Shown here: positions 39,612 to 51,480 of the stretch, one piece after another
How the letters are laid out: every line of letters begins with the position of its first letter
Position numbering within the stretch: the first letter of the stretch is position 1
Assembly (NCBI GenBank): GCA_020137815.1
Contig: CM035353.1
Coordinates: forward strand, 6,820,001 to 6,884,000
DNA: 64,000 nucleotides
Source of the DNA: Hormiphora californensis
Taxonomy: Eukaryota > Animalia > Ctenophora
Direction of reading: 5' to 3'
Position numbers and translations under genes: made by a program
Notes under the pieces: model-generated
Database searches by the model: none
What the model saw: only the letters and a program-made list of their open reading frames with translations
Told to the model about the DNA's origin: nothing

Positions 39612-42600
39612 CCTTGAAGCTGACGTGTGTCCTATAACGGTTCAGGGTGGCTTTTTAGTTCGCCAATGTGCCTCTCACCGTATCGAGGGTGTGGCAAACA
39701 TGTCCTGTGTGACCGCTTCAGCAACAGCCTACGACTTGATATTGAAATCGAACTTTGTAGCTCGAACACGTGAAATGTACGTGACTCGAATCTGTCCAAA
39801 TGATCCGGCGAAGTACCAAGCGTGTAACAGGGTCATAGGTGATCAGGGTAAAGGAGCAGTACATGAGTGGTTTCCCAGCCCACCTGTATGCGGTGTATTG
39901 TGCTACGAACAAAAGTTTGGTCTCTATCGGCTCCACGATCGGCTTCAAAAGTGTCCAAGTGCACAGGCCCAGGTCGGACATAAAATTCCTACGGTGGATG
40001 GAGGTGTTGTGGAGGTGTGGATGAAGGAGGGAGCACTCTGTGATGGGGTGTGTGACAATATTGAGCTAACGAACAGCAGATCATCATTGAATGCAGATTT
40101 TTTGATGTGTGTTGATGAACGAGATTGCGGTGGATACAGTTATGGTGGAGTTATAAGTTTTAAGGGTCAGTACTATTTTGCTCCCTTTAACAATGGTCAA
40201 ATCTTCTCGACAGCTGAAGATGACAAAAATACCGATATAATTGGACCAGAAAACACATTCGGATCAAAACCCAATAACAGTTTTTTTTGTGAGTACAGGA
40301 ATGTAGTCCAGTTGTTCCCATTAAATAACAGGACCCGATGCTTTCGGCCACTCCCCTCATTCACCCATATAGTCCGTCTAGCGTTACCCTGGATATCATA
40401 CTGCAGCAACTCCCGGGACCAGACAAACTGCACTGACCCAGGAAAGGTGGGTGGATCATGTCGAGTCGGGGGATATCTTTCCACAGTCTCTACCTACACC
40501 CTTTGTGTCCCGTTCCAGGAGTTGTGTGATGATGGATTCGAGGCGGAGTGTGTGGTGGTAAGCCGTCAATGCACTGTCCACAAACACCGGCAGTGTGATG
40601 GAGTGGAAGACTGCTCCCTGGGAGGAGATGAAAGGGGCGAGATGTGCTCAAAACTGATTACCCATCGGTTGTGTGTTCGAAGTTTCAGTCAGAACCAGGG
40701 GCTTCTCCCCATACCTGTTGAGTGGATCAGGGATGGCGTGGTGGACTGTTTAGATGGACAAGACGAACAGGATGACTGGGAGACGTGCGGGGAGAAAACA
40801 ACAAAACGTATCAAATACTTGGCTAACAAATGTTCAGATGTGTTCCTGTGCAAGGCAGATAGGGCACGGTTTTTGGAGTCACCACTTTTGTGCTCTTTCC
40901 CTAAAAAGTGCGACGAGAGTGTATGTCGGGCGGCTCGAGCGAGGTCAATAGTTTTCCGAAATCTCATCAGAAGTCAGGCACCCCAGGGCCATATTTTGAA
41001 AAGTGCCCTCTGCAATAAAGGCTTAGAGCACCTACTTCTACGGCAAATGGGCCAAAAATGCCCATCCACGATTTTCTACCATCCGATACACTCGTTCTTC
41101 GGGAAGAACTTTACCACGGAGGTGGTGTTACCGACAGCAAAGCGTGATTGTAGATACATGTACGGGGAGGTATATGTGTACCACAGTTGTCTCGGGCTTT
41201 GTTTAAATGCTACATGCCCCCTCGTGAGACCGATTCTTCAAACGGCTTGCGCCAACCTGAAAAACACGATTTTCTCTCTGAACCGCGAGTTAAACTCTAT
41301 CACCGTGACAACAACGTCCCGGGGTAGGTACCACAACAACTTTTTTGTTTGTAAAAACACTTATTGCATCCTGTTTGAGAAGGTGTGTGATTTAGTTGAT
41401 GACTGTGGGGACCGGTCGGATGAAGAGGGCTGTGATAACAACTTCCAGTGCGCGGACAATTCCAGTATCCTGACCGTGGATCGGCAATGCGATGGTAAGA
41501 TTGACTGTGCCGACCTATCTGATGAATGTAACGATGAATGTAGGAGGAAAGTCGTCATGACCGATGGGGTATTGGTCATATCGACCATCATGGGGGTAGT
41601 AGGGGCATCTCTCAGTTTAGCCAGTGCATACAAGGCCTTCTGGGAGATACGTGACTCAAAAAAGAGTGGAAAATACGTGAATAATGCCATGGTCCTCACC
41701 ATATCTTGTGGAGATCTCCTCACATCAATCTATCTCCTGACCCTTACCTCCATACACTGGACTGAAGGTTCGCAGTTTTGTGAAAGGCAAATTGAGTGGA
41801 TGAGTGGACGTACATGTGAAATTATTGGTGTTCTCAATACCACGGGTGGTACTATTTCCTCCCTTGTAATGGCTTTAGTCAGCTGTTTTAGACTCCAAGG
41901 TACCTTGCAAGCACTACGATACCGGCGGTCTGAGGAAGTTACTATGAAACTTAAACTAAACCTAGGGTTGATGCTAGGAGGTGTTGTAGTATTTTCCGTT
42001 GGTGTGGCTGTCCTACCTTTGATCGATGGTTTGGATGACTGGTTTGTCAATGGGTTGGTATACCCAAAGGACATTCCACTGTTTCTAGGAGCTATGGGCA
42101 AAAATCGGCTTTTTAAAATTGTTCTTGGTTATCACGGGAATCATGATCGGGCTCGCGAGTCAACCGGTGCTTCCGTCTCCTGGAATGGACTTCAAAACAT
42201 GGTTTCTGAGATGTTTTCTCGTGATTACAACGGATCAACCAGTGGCACAAAACTCTCGTTCTATGGGAATGACCCAGTTTGCATGTTCAAGGCGTTTGTA
42301 CTCCCTGATGACCCACAGGCAGGCTACGTTTGGTGTTATCTCAGCTTCCATTCTCTATGTTTTGTGTGTGTAGCCATATGCCATATGATAATAGCGATCC
42401 TATCCGATAAAAATTTGGTCCATAACTCAAATGCATCATCATCACTTGGTCGTAAAGTTACATTGATCTGTCTAACCGATTTCTGCTGCTGGATGCCTTT
42501 CCTGATTTGTTGTGCCCTCCACACGGCTGAGGTTGTGGATATGTCACCGTGGTACCAGTTCTTCTCCCTAAACATCCTACCTCTCAACTCTGTGCTGAAT

Positions 42601-42768
42601 CCTTTGCTATACAGCGACCTATTCACGGCAACCGTAGAAAAGTTGCAAAAAATGTTCCAAGTATTGAGAGGCCCTTCCGACCCAGAACATGCTCAACAGG
42701 AAAGACCTGCGACTTCCAACCCAGAGGAACAGGAAAAATCCGCGGAAATTTTAGAAACTGCAAATTAA
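39520..42768 (+). CDS. Intronless rhodopsin-class GPCR with Cys-rich ectodomain and LDLa repeats (GRL101/RXFP-like 7TM, no LRRs)
   Basis: Signal peptide from M15 (39562). LDLa motifs CDGVEDCSLGGDE, DGVVDCLDGQDE, CDLVDDCGDRSDEEGC and CDGKIDCADLSDEC. 7TM with GDLLTSIYL, WMSGRTC, TDFCCWMP and PLNSVLNPLLYS. Confidence 0.92.
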   Translation: MLDIRQRWQHITSKMFLVLLICLSISATTHSLEADVCPITVQGGFLVRQCASHRIEGVANMSCVTASATAYDLILKSNFVARTREMYVTRICPNDPAKYQACNRVIGDQGKGAVHEWFPSPPVCGVLCYEQKFGLYRLHDRLQKCPSAQAQVGHKIPTVDGGVVEVWMKEGALCDGVCDNIELTNSRSSLNADFLMCVDERDCGGYSYGGVISFKGQYYFAPFNNGQIFSTAEDDKNTDIIGPENTFGSKPNNSFFCEYRNVVQLFPLNNRTRCFRPLPSFTHIVRLALPWISYCSNSRDQTNCTDPGKVGGSCRVGGYLSTVSTYTLCVPFQELCDDGFEAECVVVSRQCTVHKHRQCDGVEDCSLGGDERGEMCSKLITHRLCVRSFSQNQGLLPIPVEWIRDGVVDCLDGQDEQDDWETCGEKTTKRIKYLANKCSDVFLCKADRARFLESPLLCSFPKKCDESVCRAARARSIVFRNLIRSQAPQGHILKSALCNKGLEHLLLRQMGQKCPSTIFYHPIHSFFGKNFTTEVVLPTAKRDCRYMYGEVYVYHSCLGLCLNATCPLVRPILQTACANLKNTIFSLNRELNSITVTTTSRGRYHNNFFVCKNTYCILFEKVCDLVDDCGDRSDEEGCDNNFQCADNSSILTVDRQCDGKIDCADLSDECNDECRRKVVMTDGVLVISTIMGVVGASLSLASAYKAFWEIRDSKKSGKYVNNAMVLTISCGDLLTSIYLLTLTSIHWTEGSQFCERQIEWMSGRTCEIIGVLNTTGGTISSLVMALVSCFRLQGTLQALRYRRSEEVTMKLKLNLGLMLGGVVVFSVGVAVLPLIDGLDDWFVNGLVYPKDIPLFLGAMGKNRLFKIVLGYHGNHDRARESTGASVSWNGLQNMVSEMFSRDYNGSTSGTKLSFYGNDPVCMFKAFVLPDDPQAGYVWCYLSFHSLCFVCVAICHMIIAILSDKNLVHNSNASSSLGRKVTLICLTDFCCWMPFLICCALHTAEVVDMSPWYQFFSLNILPLNSVLNPLLYSDLFTATVEKLQKMFQVLRGPSDPEHAQQERPATSNPEEQEKSAEILETAN

Positions 42769-43169
42769 AATGAGGTACCGGGCTTCAACATGGTGTTGCA
42801 AATTGCAATGGGGACTCAAAGTAAACTAGAAACAGAAGATCGACTTGAAACGGACTTCGGCCAGAAGTCAGACCTGGACAGGAACCTAATCAACTAGAAA
42901 TGGACCAGCGAATTAGTGTTCTTGAATCAGAAGCTCTATATCGCTACGATAATCTGAAATTACACAACTTTAGACGGACGATTGACTGAATAATTGAGCC
43001 ATATAAATGTAATTTCTTATCATAACGAACAGTTCAAAAGTTAAGAAATCATATTATATGTAGTTCGATAGTAATTTTCTGGCAGGTGAGAAGAAGCCCG
43101 ACCGGTTAAGGGACCCTTTAAGGGACCCTAGAAAGTTAAGGGACCCTTTAAGGGACCCTAGGAAGTTAA

Positions 43170-43619
43170 AGGTTGACAAGATACCTAAAACTTTTCGTAT
43201 ATCGTCTTATTTTGATTTATCATTAATTTTCAGCATTTTTTCAGAATTTTTTGTCGGCTAGAAATATGTGCAAAATAGGGGGTCTACTGACAAATGAGTG
43301 TGCCTTTTTTAAAATTGATAACGTAATATCTCCGGTTCCTGATGAGATACAGAAACCGTTTTGGTAGCGTTGGAAAGGTCTTATTGAGACCAATCCAACG
43401 CAACCAAGATCAAGTCTTTATCTTTTGAGGAACCGGAAACGTGAATTTCAATTTGCGAGACGCAGTGAGTGTGCCCAGTAAAACCAGTGCTGACAATATC
43501 GGTAGACCCCCTATTTCGAATTTTTTTCTAGCCGACAAAAAATTCTGAAAAAATGCTGAAAATTAATGATAAATCAAAATAAGACGATATACGAAAAGTT
43601 TTAGGTATCTTGTCAACCT
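43170..43619. mobile_element. TTAA-flanked MITE (Kolobok-like AG...CT ends) nested in the left arm of the Merlin-like element
   Basis: ttaa|aggttgacaagatacc...ggtatcttgtcaacct|ttaa with ~120-bp TIRs; absent from the right arm. Confidence 0.85.
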
Positions 43620-43825
43620 TTAAGGGACCCTTTAATGAGGTAGAACGAATCGTGAGCAGTACCGTCGTATCAGTTCACCTTGTAAGCGGTTCCGCTGCTA
43701 ATGAGGTACACCGAATCGTGGTCAGTGCCCTCGTATCAGTAGTCAGTACACATTGTAAGCGGTTCCGTCGCTAATGAGGTACACCGAATCGTGAGCAGTG
43801 AGCAGTACCGTGTATCGGTTCACAT

Positions 43826-44140
43826 CTCTGTCTCTGTCTCTGTCTCTGTCTCTGTCTCTGTCTCTGTCTCTGTCTCTGTCTCTGTCTCTGTCTCTGTCTC
43901 TGTCTCTGTCTCTGTCTCTGTCTCTGTCTCTGTCTCTGTCTCTGTCTCTGTCTCTGTCTCTGTCTCTGTCTCTGTCTCTGTCTCTGTCTCTGTCTCTGTC
44001 TCTGTCTCTGTCTCTGTCTCTGTCTCTGTCTCTGTCTCTGTCTCTGTCTCTGTCTCTGTCTCTGTCTCTGTCTCTGTCTCTGTCTCTGTCTCTGTCTCTG
44101 TCTCTGTCTCTGTCTCTGTCTCCCTGTCTCTGTCTCTGTC
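43826..44140. repeat. (TCTCTG)n microsatellite
   Basis: Directly visible; degrades into low-complexity sequence at 44140-44570. Confidence 0.97.
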
Positions 44141-45473
44141 TCAGTCTCTTTTTGTCTTGTTTTTTCTTGTTGGTTTGTTTGTTTGTTCGTTTGTCTTGTC
44201 TCTGTCTTTTTTCCTGTTTGTTGTTATGTTTTTATTTTTTTTTTTTTTTCTTTTTCCCCCCCTTTTGTTTGCCGGGGGCTGGCTTTTTCCCCTTTCCCCT
44301 TCCCCTTCTGGTCTTTTGTTTTGTCTCTGTCTCTGTCTCAGCACTCCACCTAAAAAGACAGGAGAAAAAAAGGGGAAAAAAAACGGGCAAAAAATGGGGG
44401 GGGGGGGGAAAGGGGGGGAGGGGGGGGGCGGGGGGGGGGGGGGGAAAAAAAAAGGGGGAAAAAAGGGGAAAAAAAAAACCCGGGCCCCAGCCCAAAAAGG
44501 GGGAAGGGGAGATCGGACTGAGACGAAGAGACATAAGAGGACAGAGAAAACCCCGGGGGGGGGAACAGAGACAGAGGGAGAGACAGAGATGTGAACGATA
44601 CACGGTACTGCTCACTGCTCAGTGCTCACGATTCGGTGTACCTCATTAGCGACGGAACCGCTTACAATGTGTACTGACTACTGATACGAGGGTACTGACC
44701 ACGATTCGGTGTACCTCATTAGCAGCGGAACCGCTTACAAGGTGAACTGATACGACGGTACTGCTCACGATTCGTTCTACCTCATTAAAGGGTCCCTTAA
44801 CTTCCTAGGGTCCCTTAAAGGGTCCCTTAACTTCCTAGGGTCCCTTAAAGGGTCCCTTAACTTTCTAGGGTCCCTTAAAGGGTCCCTTAAAGGGTTCCTA
44901 AAAGGGTCCTTTAAAGGGTCCCTTAAAGGGTCCCTTAACCGGTCGGGCTTCTTCTCACCTGCCAATTTTCTTTGAAACAAGACAAAATACTTTGGTTTTG
45001 ATGCATACATTCCTTAAAACTTGATTCAAGCAAATTTTGATTTGCCGCATGGCAGCTAGACGTCGTCTACACGTCGTCTACACGCCGTCCAGACGTCTTC
45101 CAGACCCAGGTTTTCCGTCTTGACGGTGTCTAGCCGGAGTCAGACGGGAATCAGACGGGCTTGAAACGATCTCTACGGAGTTAGACGGAATTGGACGAAA
45201 TTAGACTGAAGTCCGATGGAACCTCAGGAATCAGACGGAAACCAAACCCGTGTCAAGCCCGTCTGAATGTCGCCAATAAAAATTCCGTCAGAAATCAGTC
45301 TGAAACCCGTCTGAAATCCGTCTCAAGACCGTATCATGGGCCAGACAACGTTTGGAGCAAAACGGCCGTCTAGACGGGTAGCAAAACCCGCGCTGTCTGG
45401 ACGTTGTCTGACAACAACTTGTCAGACACTGACTGTACATCGCGCAACCTCACGCGGCCTCACGTAGCCTCAC

Positions 45474-45714
45474 TATAGTCGAATTTTTTAATCAAGGGAC
45501 AGGGGGGCTCTTTTTGACGTTATTTCAAACGCGCATATCTCCGGTTCCTGATAAGATAAAGACTTGAAATTTGGAGGTTATAAAGAACTTGGCATGATCT
45601 TCCCAACTTCCAAATTTCAAGTTTCTATCTCATCAGGAACTGGAGATATGCGCGTTTGAAATAACGTCAAAAAGACCCCCCCCCCCTGTCCCTTGATTAA
45701 AAAATCCGACTTTA
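45474..45714. mobile_element. Palindromic MITE (family shared with 63657-63932)
   Basis: TIR agtcg(a/g)attttttaatcaagggacaggg; whole element nearly self-complementary. Confidence 0.85.
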
Positions 45715-45963
45715 AAGCACTTGATCAATTCATGAAACTGTCAGCGCGAAGTCTGACAACTTTGAGAGTACAACGTTCAATTTTTAAAGCGCCGCGCAGT
45801 GTATAGAGGTATTGCGCTTAATTTCTAGCATCTGCGACGCCGCGCGCTTGGAATTTTTAGTTTTTTAAATTTGAAAGTTCGCTGCGCGCTGTCCAATTTT
45901 TTTTATCCAGAAATTTTTTTATCCAGAAACAAAGAAGATCAAAAATCTTTCGGCTTTCGCAAG

Positions 45964-46186
45964 AGGGATCCCTAATAAAGTTGTGACTTGTCACTGTTGT
46001 CTTGCGGAGGCGCGGTTGTGACTTGTCACCGCGTGTGCGCGTACCAAAACGCACGTGGTTCCCACTGCGCGTAGCTGCGGCGCGGCGCAAACCATGCGGT
46101 GACAAGTTACAATCGCGCATTTTGAAGCCGCGCCGCCACGGGAACCACATGTTTGGTGACAAGTCACAACTTTATTAGGGATCCCT
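45964..46186. mobile_element. Palindromic MITE
   Basis: agggatccctaataaagttgtgacttgtcac...gtgacaagtcacaactttattagggatccct; TSD unclear. Confidence 0.8.
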
Positions 46187-46194
46187 AGACCCTT

Positions 46195-46333
46195 GGGCCA
46201 GCGCTGAAATCTGGGTGTTTGGTGAGTGCTGACAAACGGTTTTTAGGGTTAGGGCTAAATTAGGGTAATGGTTGGGGTTTTGGAAGGGCGCAACTGTAAA
46301 TAGGCCACCAAACACCCAGATAGTAACGGCCCC
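46195..46333. mobile_element. Short IR element with internal TTAGGG-like tract
   Basis: atctgggtgtttggtg...caccaaacacccagat flanking ttagggttaggg. Confidence 0.55.
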
Positions 46334-46914
46334 CAGACTCTTCTCACGCTCTGCGAAAGGGTTCTGTAGCATCCCCCGAGTCTCTGTAACCTTTCTCTTG
46401 TACTATGGTTCATCCTGTGCCACCTGTCCTCACATTTATTTGTCTCACATAAGACCATACTCTTCGCAGTGGGCCGAAGCCCGAAGGCCCGGTGCGGCTA
46501 CGTGAGGCCGTTGTGTACAGTCGTTGTCTGACAAACCTTAATGGGGCGTAGTCGCTAAGTTAAAGATTCGATATTCAATATCTTTTAATTCCGTGGCTAA
46601 AATACGTCGAACCGTCACGAACTTTAGTTCGGGGGGTCTGGTGCGGTTCCTGGGGTTGTTCTGCCAGCTTGTTTCATGTTCTGAAGTCTCAAATTGTTTG
46701 ATGATAATGCCTAGAATCAATCGCTACTGATATTTGAAATATTCGCTGTCAGTTTGTCTATCTCCAAGTACAAGGGACTAACGCAAAATGCTATAATTCC
46801 GGCACTGGCAGGTTCCCTATAAAAGACAGAAAATTAATATAATATCATTGGGTGTGCCGTCGGGTGTCCAATACAGATATTATACTTCTAATTTGCCCTT
46901 GTCACCGTAGAAGT

Positions 46915-48071
46915 ATGTTTCGGTATTTAGTGTTGAGCCTTCTAGTGGCCTTGGCCACCCCCTACATGCTCTATCTGGACGCCAAAGCAGAGGAATGTTT
47001 CTTTGAGACTCTCCAAGTTAATCAGAAAGCTGGGTATGTCAAATACACCTTCACTATATGATGTTCCTAACATTCTAAATTTCCTGATATTACTAGCATT
47101 TCCTTGCAGATTGTCTTTTGAAGTGGCGGAAGGTGGATTTCTGGACATAGATGTTACCCTGAAAGATCCTGTCGGGCAGGTACAGCTTAGTATACACACA
47201 TTGCTGTTGTACCCCTAGCCTCAAGCCTGTGTAACAGCCTTAGCCTGTGTCACTTCATGGTATCCTGATCTGACGGTTCACCATTAAAAAGTTTAATATT
47301 GGTTCATCATTGAGACTTCCTCAAGTTTACAGATTTTCTGTTTAACATCCTTGTCAGTTACCCTAACCAATATATCATACCGATATCACCCTCACCAATG
47401 CATCACACACCCTCACCAATTTTACATACCCCCCCCCCCAGGTGATCTATGCTGCCAACCAAGAGACAGAAGGAAGATTCAGGTTCAGTGCATCTCAACA
47501 GGGCAACTATGTGTTCTGCTTCAGTAACGCTATGTCTACTGTTACCCCTAAAGTGCTGAAATTCAAGATGATAGTAGTGCAGCCTCGGGAGGCTGATGAT
47601 ACTGACATGAGTGAGGAGGACAAGAAAATTAAAAGTAAGCTTGGTGGGTGTCTTTTAGTTTAGAGTTTTCGAGGTCTTCGATGGTACAGAGTATCTGCCA
47701 AATTTTGGCGCTCTACAATATCTGGATTCTGGAACCATGCTAGTCTAGGGCGGACTTTTTTTTTGCCCACCACTGTATATTATCGCATCAAAGTAACACC
47801 AATTATCGTTCTACAACCCCCCTCCCCCCCATTGTTCTACAACCCCCTCTTCCCCTCAGGTATGATCGGTGATTTGAGGAATCAGTTGAGAGAGGTAAAG
47901 GAAGAACAAGATTATATGGAGTTGAGAGACAATGCTCACGCTGAGATAAACAATAACACAAACAGGAGGGTCGTTATTTGGGCTTTCTTTGAGTTCTCTC
48001 TCCTTCTAGCCATGACTGTCGGTCAGGTTTATTATATCAAACGATTCTTTGAGGTCAGACGGGTCATCTAG
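46915..48071 (+). CDS. TMED2: p24beta / transmembrane emp24 domain protein 2, 4 exons
   Basis: DAKAEECFFE, FEVAEGGFLDIDV, YVFCFSNAMSTVTPK, EQDYMELRD, TNRRVVIWAFFE; C-terminus YYIKRFFEVRRVI. Confidence 0.95.
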
Positions 48072-48996
48072 ACATTATTAATTCACATTGTTTTGCATTT
48101 TCAGTTTCTTCTATCCTATCTCACACCATTACTTGTTCAAACCCGCACGAGAAGAGACAGGCTCCTGTCCACAAGTAGTATAGTACCCGTAGTAGTTTCA
48201 TATTATTGGTGCTTTTCATAGTTAACATCCCTGATAACAAGATACGTAGAATGATGCATGTATAATTTAGTACAGTTAGCTTTTTGGCTTAAAGAGAGTG
48301 GGGTGCAATAAATTTTAAGTTTACGTATATATTTTTTGAGTAACCATATATGTACTTGTTAAATTCCAGTATAATTGCAATGTTGTATATAAGACTTTCC
48401 CGGTAAAACTTGATTTAAGTGTTTTATTGGGTGTGTGTGTGTGTGTTAATCTTTTAGCATGTTATTTCTATCTAATCTGGGTTATACTATCCTCTAATCT
48501 TCTTCCTCTAATCTAATGGGGTGGCTAAAAAATAGTTTTTCCTTTCTTAAATGTACTTACAACACGACTTACCGTTTTAGCAAGGGTCCTACCCATAGCC
48601 ATCCTTCATCAGCTGTCTCACAAGTGAGTAGAAATAGTTGAGCCCCATTCTCTTTCCAATAGAGAGAGAAAGAGAGGGCAGAGCTTATAAAACATATACA
48701 TAAATACAATATTATATTATTAATATTTTCATGAGAGAAGACAGAGAGAAGACAGAAGAAACATGTTGTCTGTTGTAACTGAAGATAGAAATAAAAGAAG
48801 AAATAATAGAAGAACTATAAAAGAAGAAATAATAGAAGAACTATATTTTTGAGTGATATTTGACATGAAAATGATGTGAAATGGTAAGTTGTGTACACGT
48901 GCAGATATACCAACAATACAAAGGGTTTCCAGAGCTATAATATGATTCAGCCGACCAGCAGCTAGCTGTTTCTAATACCTTCTCTCCTCGCCAGAT

Positions 48997-50492
48997 ATGG
49001 GCCGATCAAGATCCCGAAGTTACAGTAGAAGTGTCAGTAGGGAGAGGTCGGGGGATGAGGAGGACAGGGAGAAGAGTAGGAGCCGTTCCTACAGTAAATC
49101 TCGCAGCAAATCTCGCAGTGCCTCCCGATCCAGGTATATTGATACAAATATCATCGCCTGATGATTGGTTTCCCGTCAGGGATTCCATGAAACGTGTGTT
49201 GCGTCCTAAATACAGCTGTATTATTTCGTTGTAAATCTCTCTGTAGATATATTGTCCAGGTACCCATTCTGAGTTGTAGAACAATAACTCCCCCCTCCAT
49301 ACTATATCACCTCAGACAGTTTTCAAAACCGAGTAACTACTAGCAAAATAGAGTCTCGCCTCACCAATCTACCTTGCTCAACGCTCTCACCAACCCCGTT
49401 TTTTGTCAGAGATTAACGTTCCTCTCTTCAGATCTAGGTCACGTAGTGAGAGTAAAGACAGCAGGAGTGTATCACCATTGTCCAACAGGAAGAGACACGT
49501 CGGGGACCGAGATGAACCTCCCGCCTCTAAAGTTATCGGTAGGAACTGTTTTTATTGATTTTTAGTATTTGTTTGGGGATTTGTTTTTAACCTTATTTTA
49601 CATAAATTATGGGCCGTGATGATTCATGATTGTTTATCCCAGCCGTAAGAATGTGCAATAATTCCAGGTGTGTTTGGATTGAACCTAACAACGACAGATC
49701 GAGAACTGAGGCGTGTGTTTGAGAAGTTCGGGAAAATAGACGATGCCATGATTATACATGATAGGAAGACAGGTACTGCGTTATGAGACCCCTAATACAA
49801 TCCTATATTATCCAGCACCCCCTGTATTATCTAGGTTTTGTCGCTTGTGATATCTTTCTTATCATTACTCCTCCCTCCATCCCCAGGCATGAGTAGAGGT
49901 TTTGTTTTCGTATACTACCATTACTCCTCCCCCCAGGCATGAGTAGAGGTTTTGGTTTCGTGTACTACCAGAAGGTAGAAGACGCAATGGAAGCGAAGGA
50001 AGAAACTAATGGAGTTGATATAGAGGGCAAGAAGATAAGGGTTGATTTCAGTGTGACAAAGAGACCTCATACCCCGACACCTGGCCAATATATGGGTCGT
50101 GCTACTAGACATAATGATAGGTAATATAACTTGTTGTTCAATCAGCTTCAACTTGCCTTGTTCGACCGGCGACCCTCCCTCCCCGCGCCCTGTTTGAACA
50201 AAACAAGCTCACCAGGACCGATCACATATGTCTACCTAACCCCCCGTTCCATTAAAACAGATCAGATCGTTACGGCGGATCGGATAGATATGACCGTGGA
50301 TATGACCGTGGATATGATCGTGATAGATACGGTGGGGGTGGAAGGAGGTACGGAGGGGGAGGTAGTAGCAGCAGATATAGCAGGAGAGAGAGAAGCTACA
50401 GTAGAAGCAGATCTCCCTCCCCTAAATATCGGAGGAGGTCATATAGTAGGAGTGTGTCTCGGTCTCCACCCCGCTATAGATCACGCAGATAA
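48997..50492 (+). CDS. tra2: Transformer-2 family SR-like splicing factor (RS-RRM-RS), 5 exons
   Basis: N-terminal RS domain, [64 protein letters not shown]-terminal RS domain. Confidence 0.95.
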
Positions 50493-50959
50493 GAGTATGT
50501 TTGAAGGGAACTCGTGGAATATACAGGGTGTCTCAGAAAAAGAGAGAGTGAGACAGAGAGAGTGATACAGGACATGTTTGTAATTTGTTTGACACAATTT
50601 AAGATCGTTTCGATGTTTGAACAACAATACAGCCTTCAAATTGATCAGGAAGATAATGCTTTTTACAAATCCTTTTCAAATACTAACGTTTCAAAGAACA
50701 AGTATACCCCCCTCGTATTATTGTTTTCAATCTGTTAATATCACAAATACAATAATTAGCTGACAAAGTTATGTTTCTGTAGCCAATGGACGCACAGGGG
50801 TTTATTGATTATTGCAATGCACAGGATACAAGCGATATCCCAGATGATCTGAAACTGGCCAGTCACATTGCAGATGAAGAGCCTGAAAGGGTTAGTTTCT
50901 CCCTCTCTCTTGCTCTCCCACTCCCCCTCTATCTCTCTCTCTCTCTCTCTCTCTAACAT

Positions 50960-51001
<42 letters not shown>

Positions 51002-51134
51002 GCTCTCCCTCTCTCTATCTCTTGCTCTCCCACTCCCCCTCTCCACATGTGAGCTCTCCCACCCCCTCTATCGCTCTCCCACCCCTCTTTCCCCCCGCCC
51101 CTCTCTCTCCCACGTATTACCATATCTTCTATTA

Positions 51135-51480
51135 CCCCCTCCCCGCAGAACGATATGGTGATCCCTCCTGCCACCCCCTCTCTCACCTAATCTCTCTCCC
51201 CCAGGACGATATGATGACCCCTGCTGCCCCTCCTCCCACCCTCTCTCTCTCTCCCTCACCCCCTCCCCGCAGAACGATATGGTGATCCCTCCTGCCACCC
51301 TCTCTCTCTCTGCCCGCAGAACGATATGGTGATCCCTATCTCACCTTTAAATCTCTCTCTCTCTCTCTCTCCCTCACCCCCTCCCCCCAGGACGATATGA
51401 TGATCCCTGCCTGCCACCCGCCCCTCTCTCCTTCACCTAATCTACTCTCCCCCAGGACGATATGGTGATAACCCCTGCAG
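51135..51480 (+). repeat. Six tandem degenerate copies of polypyrimidine-CAG-(a/g)acgatATG unit
   Basis: cag(a/g)acgatatg(g/a)tga at ~51147, 51202, 51270, 51318, 51388 and 51453. Confidence 0.85.

Larger units (their letters stand above)
43081..44963. mobile_element. Palindromic non-autonomous element, Merlin-like, with internal tandem repeats and (TCTCTG)n core
   Basis: TIR ggcaggtgagaagaagcccgaccggttaaggg..., perfect 8-bp TSD aattttct. Arms contain ttaagggaccc and aatgaggtacaccgaatcgtg repeats. Confidence 0.8.

Noticed and set aside
46243-46278. Interstitial telomere
   Set aside because: Only 2-3 TTAGGG units inside a small IR element.
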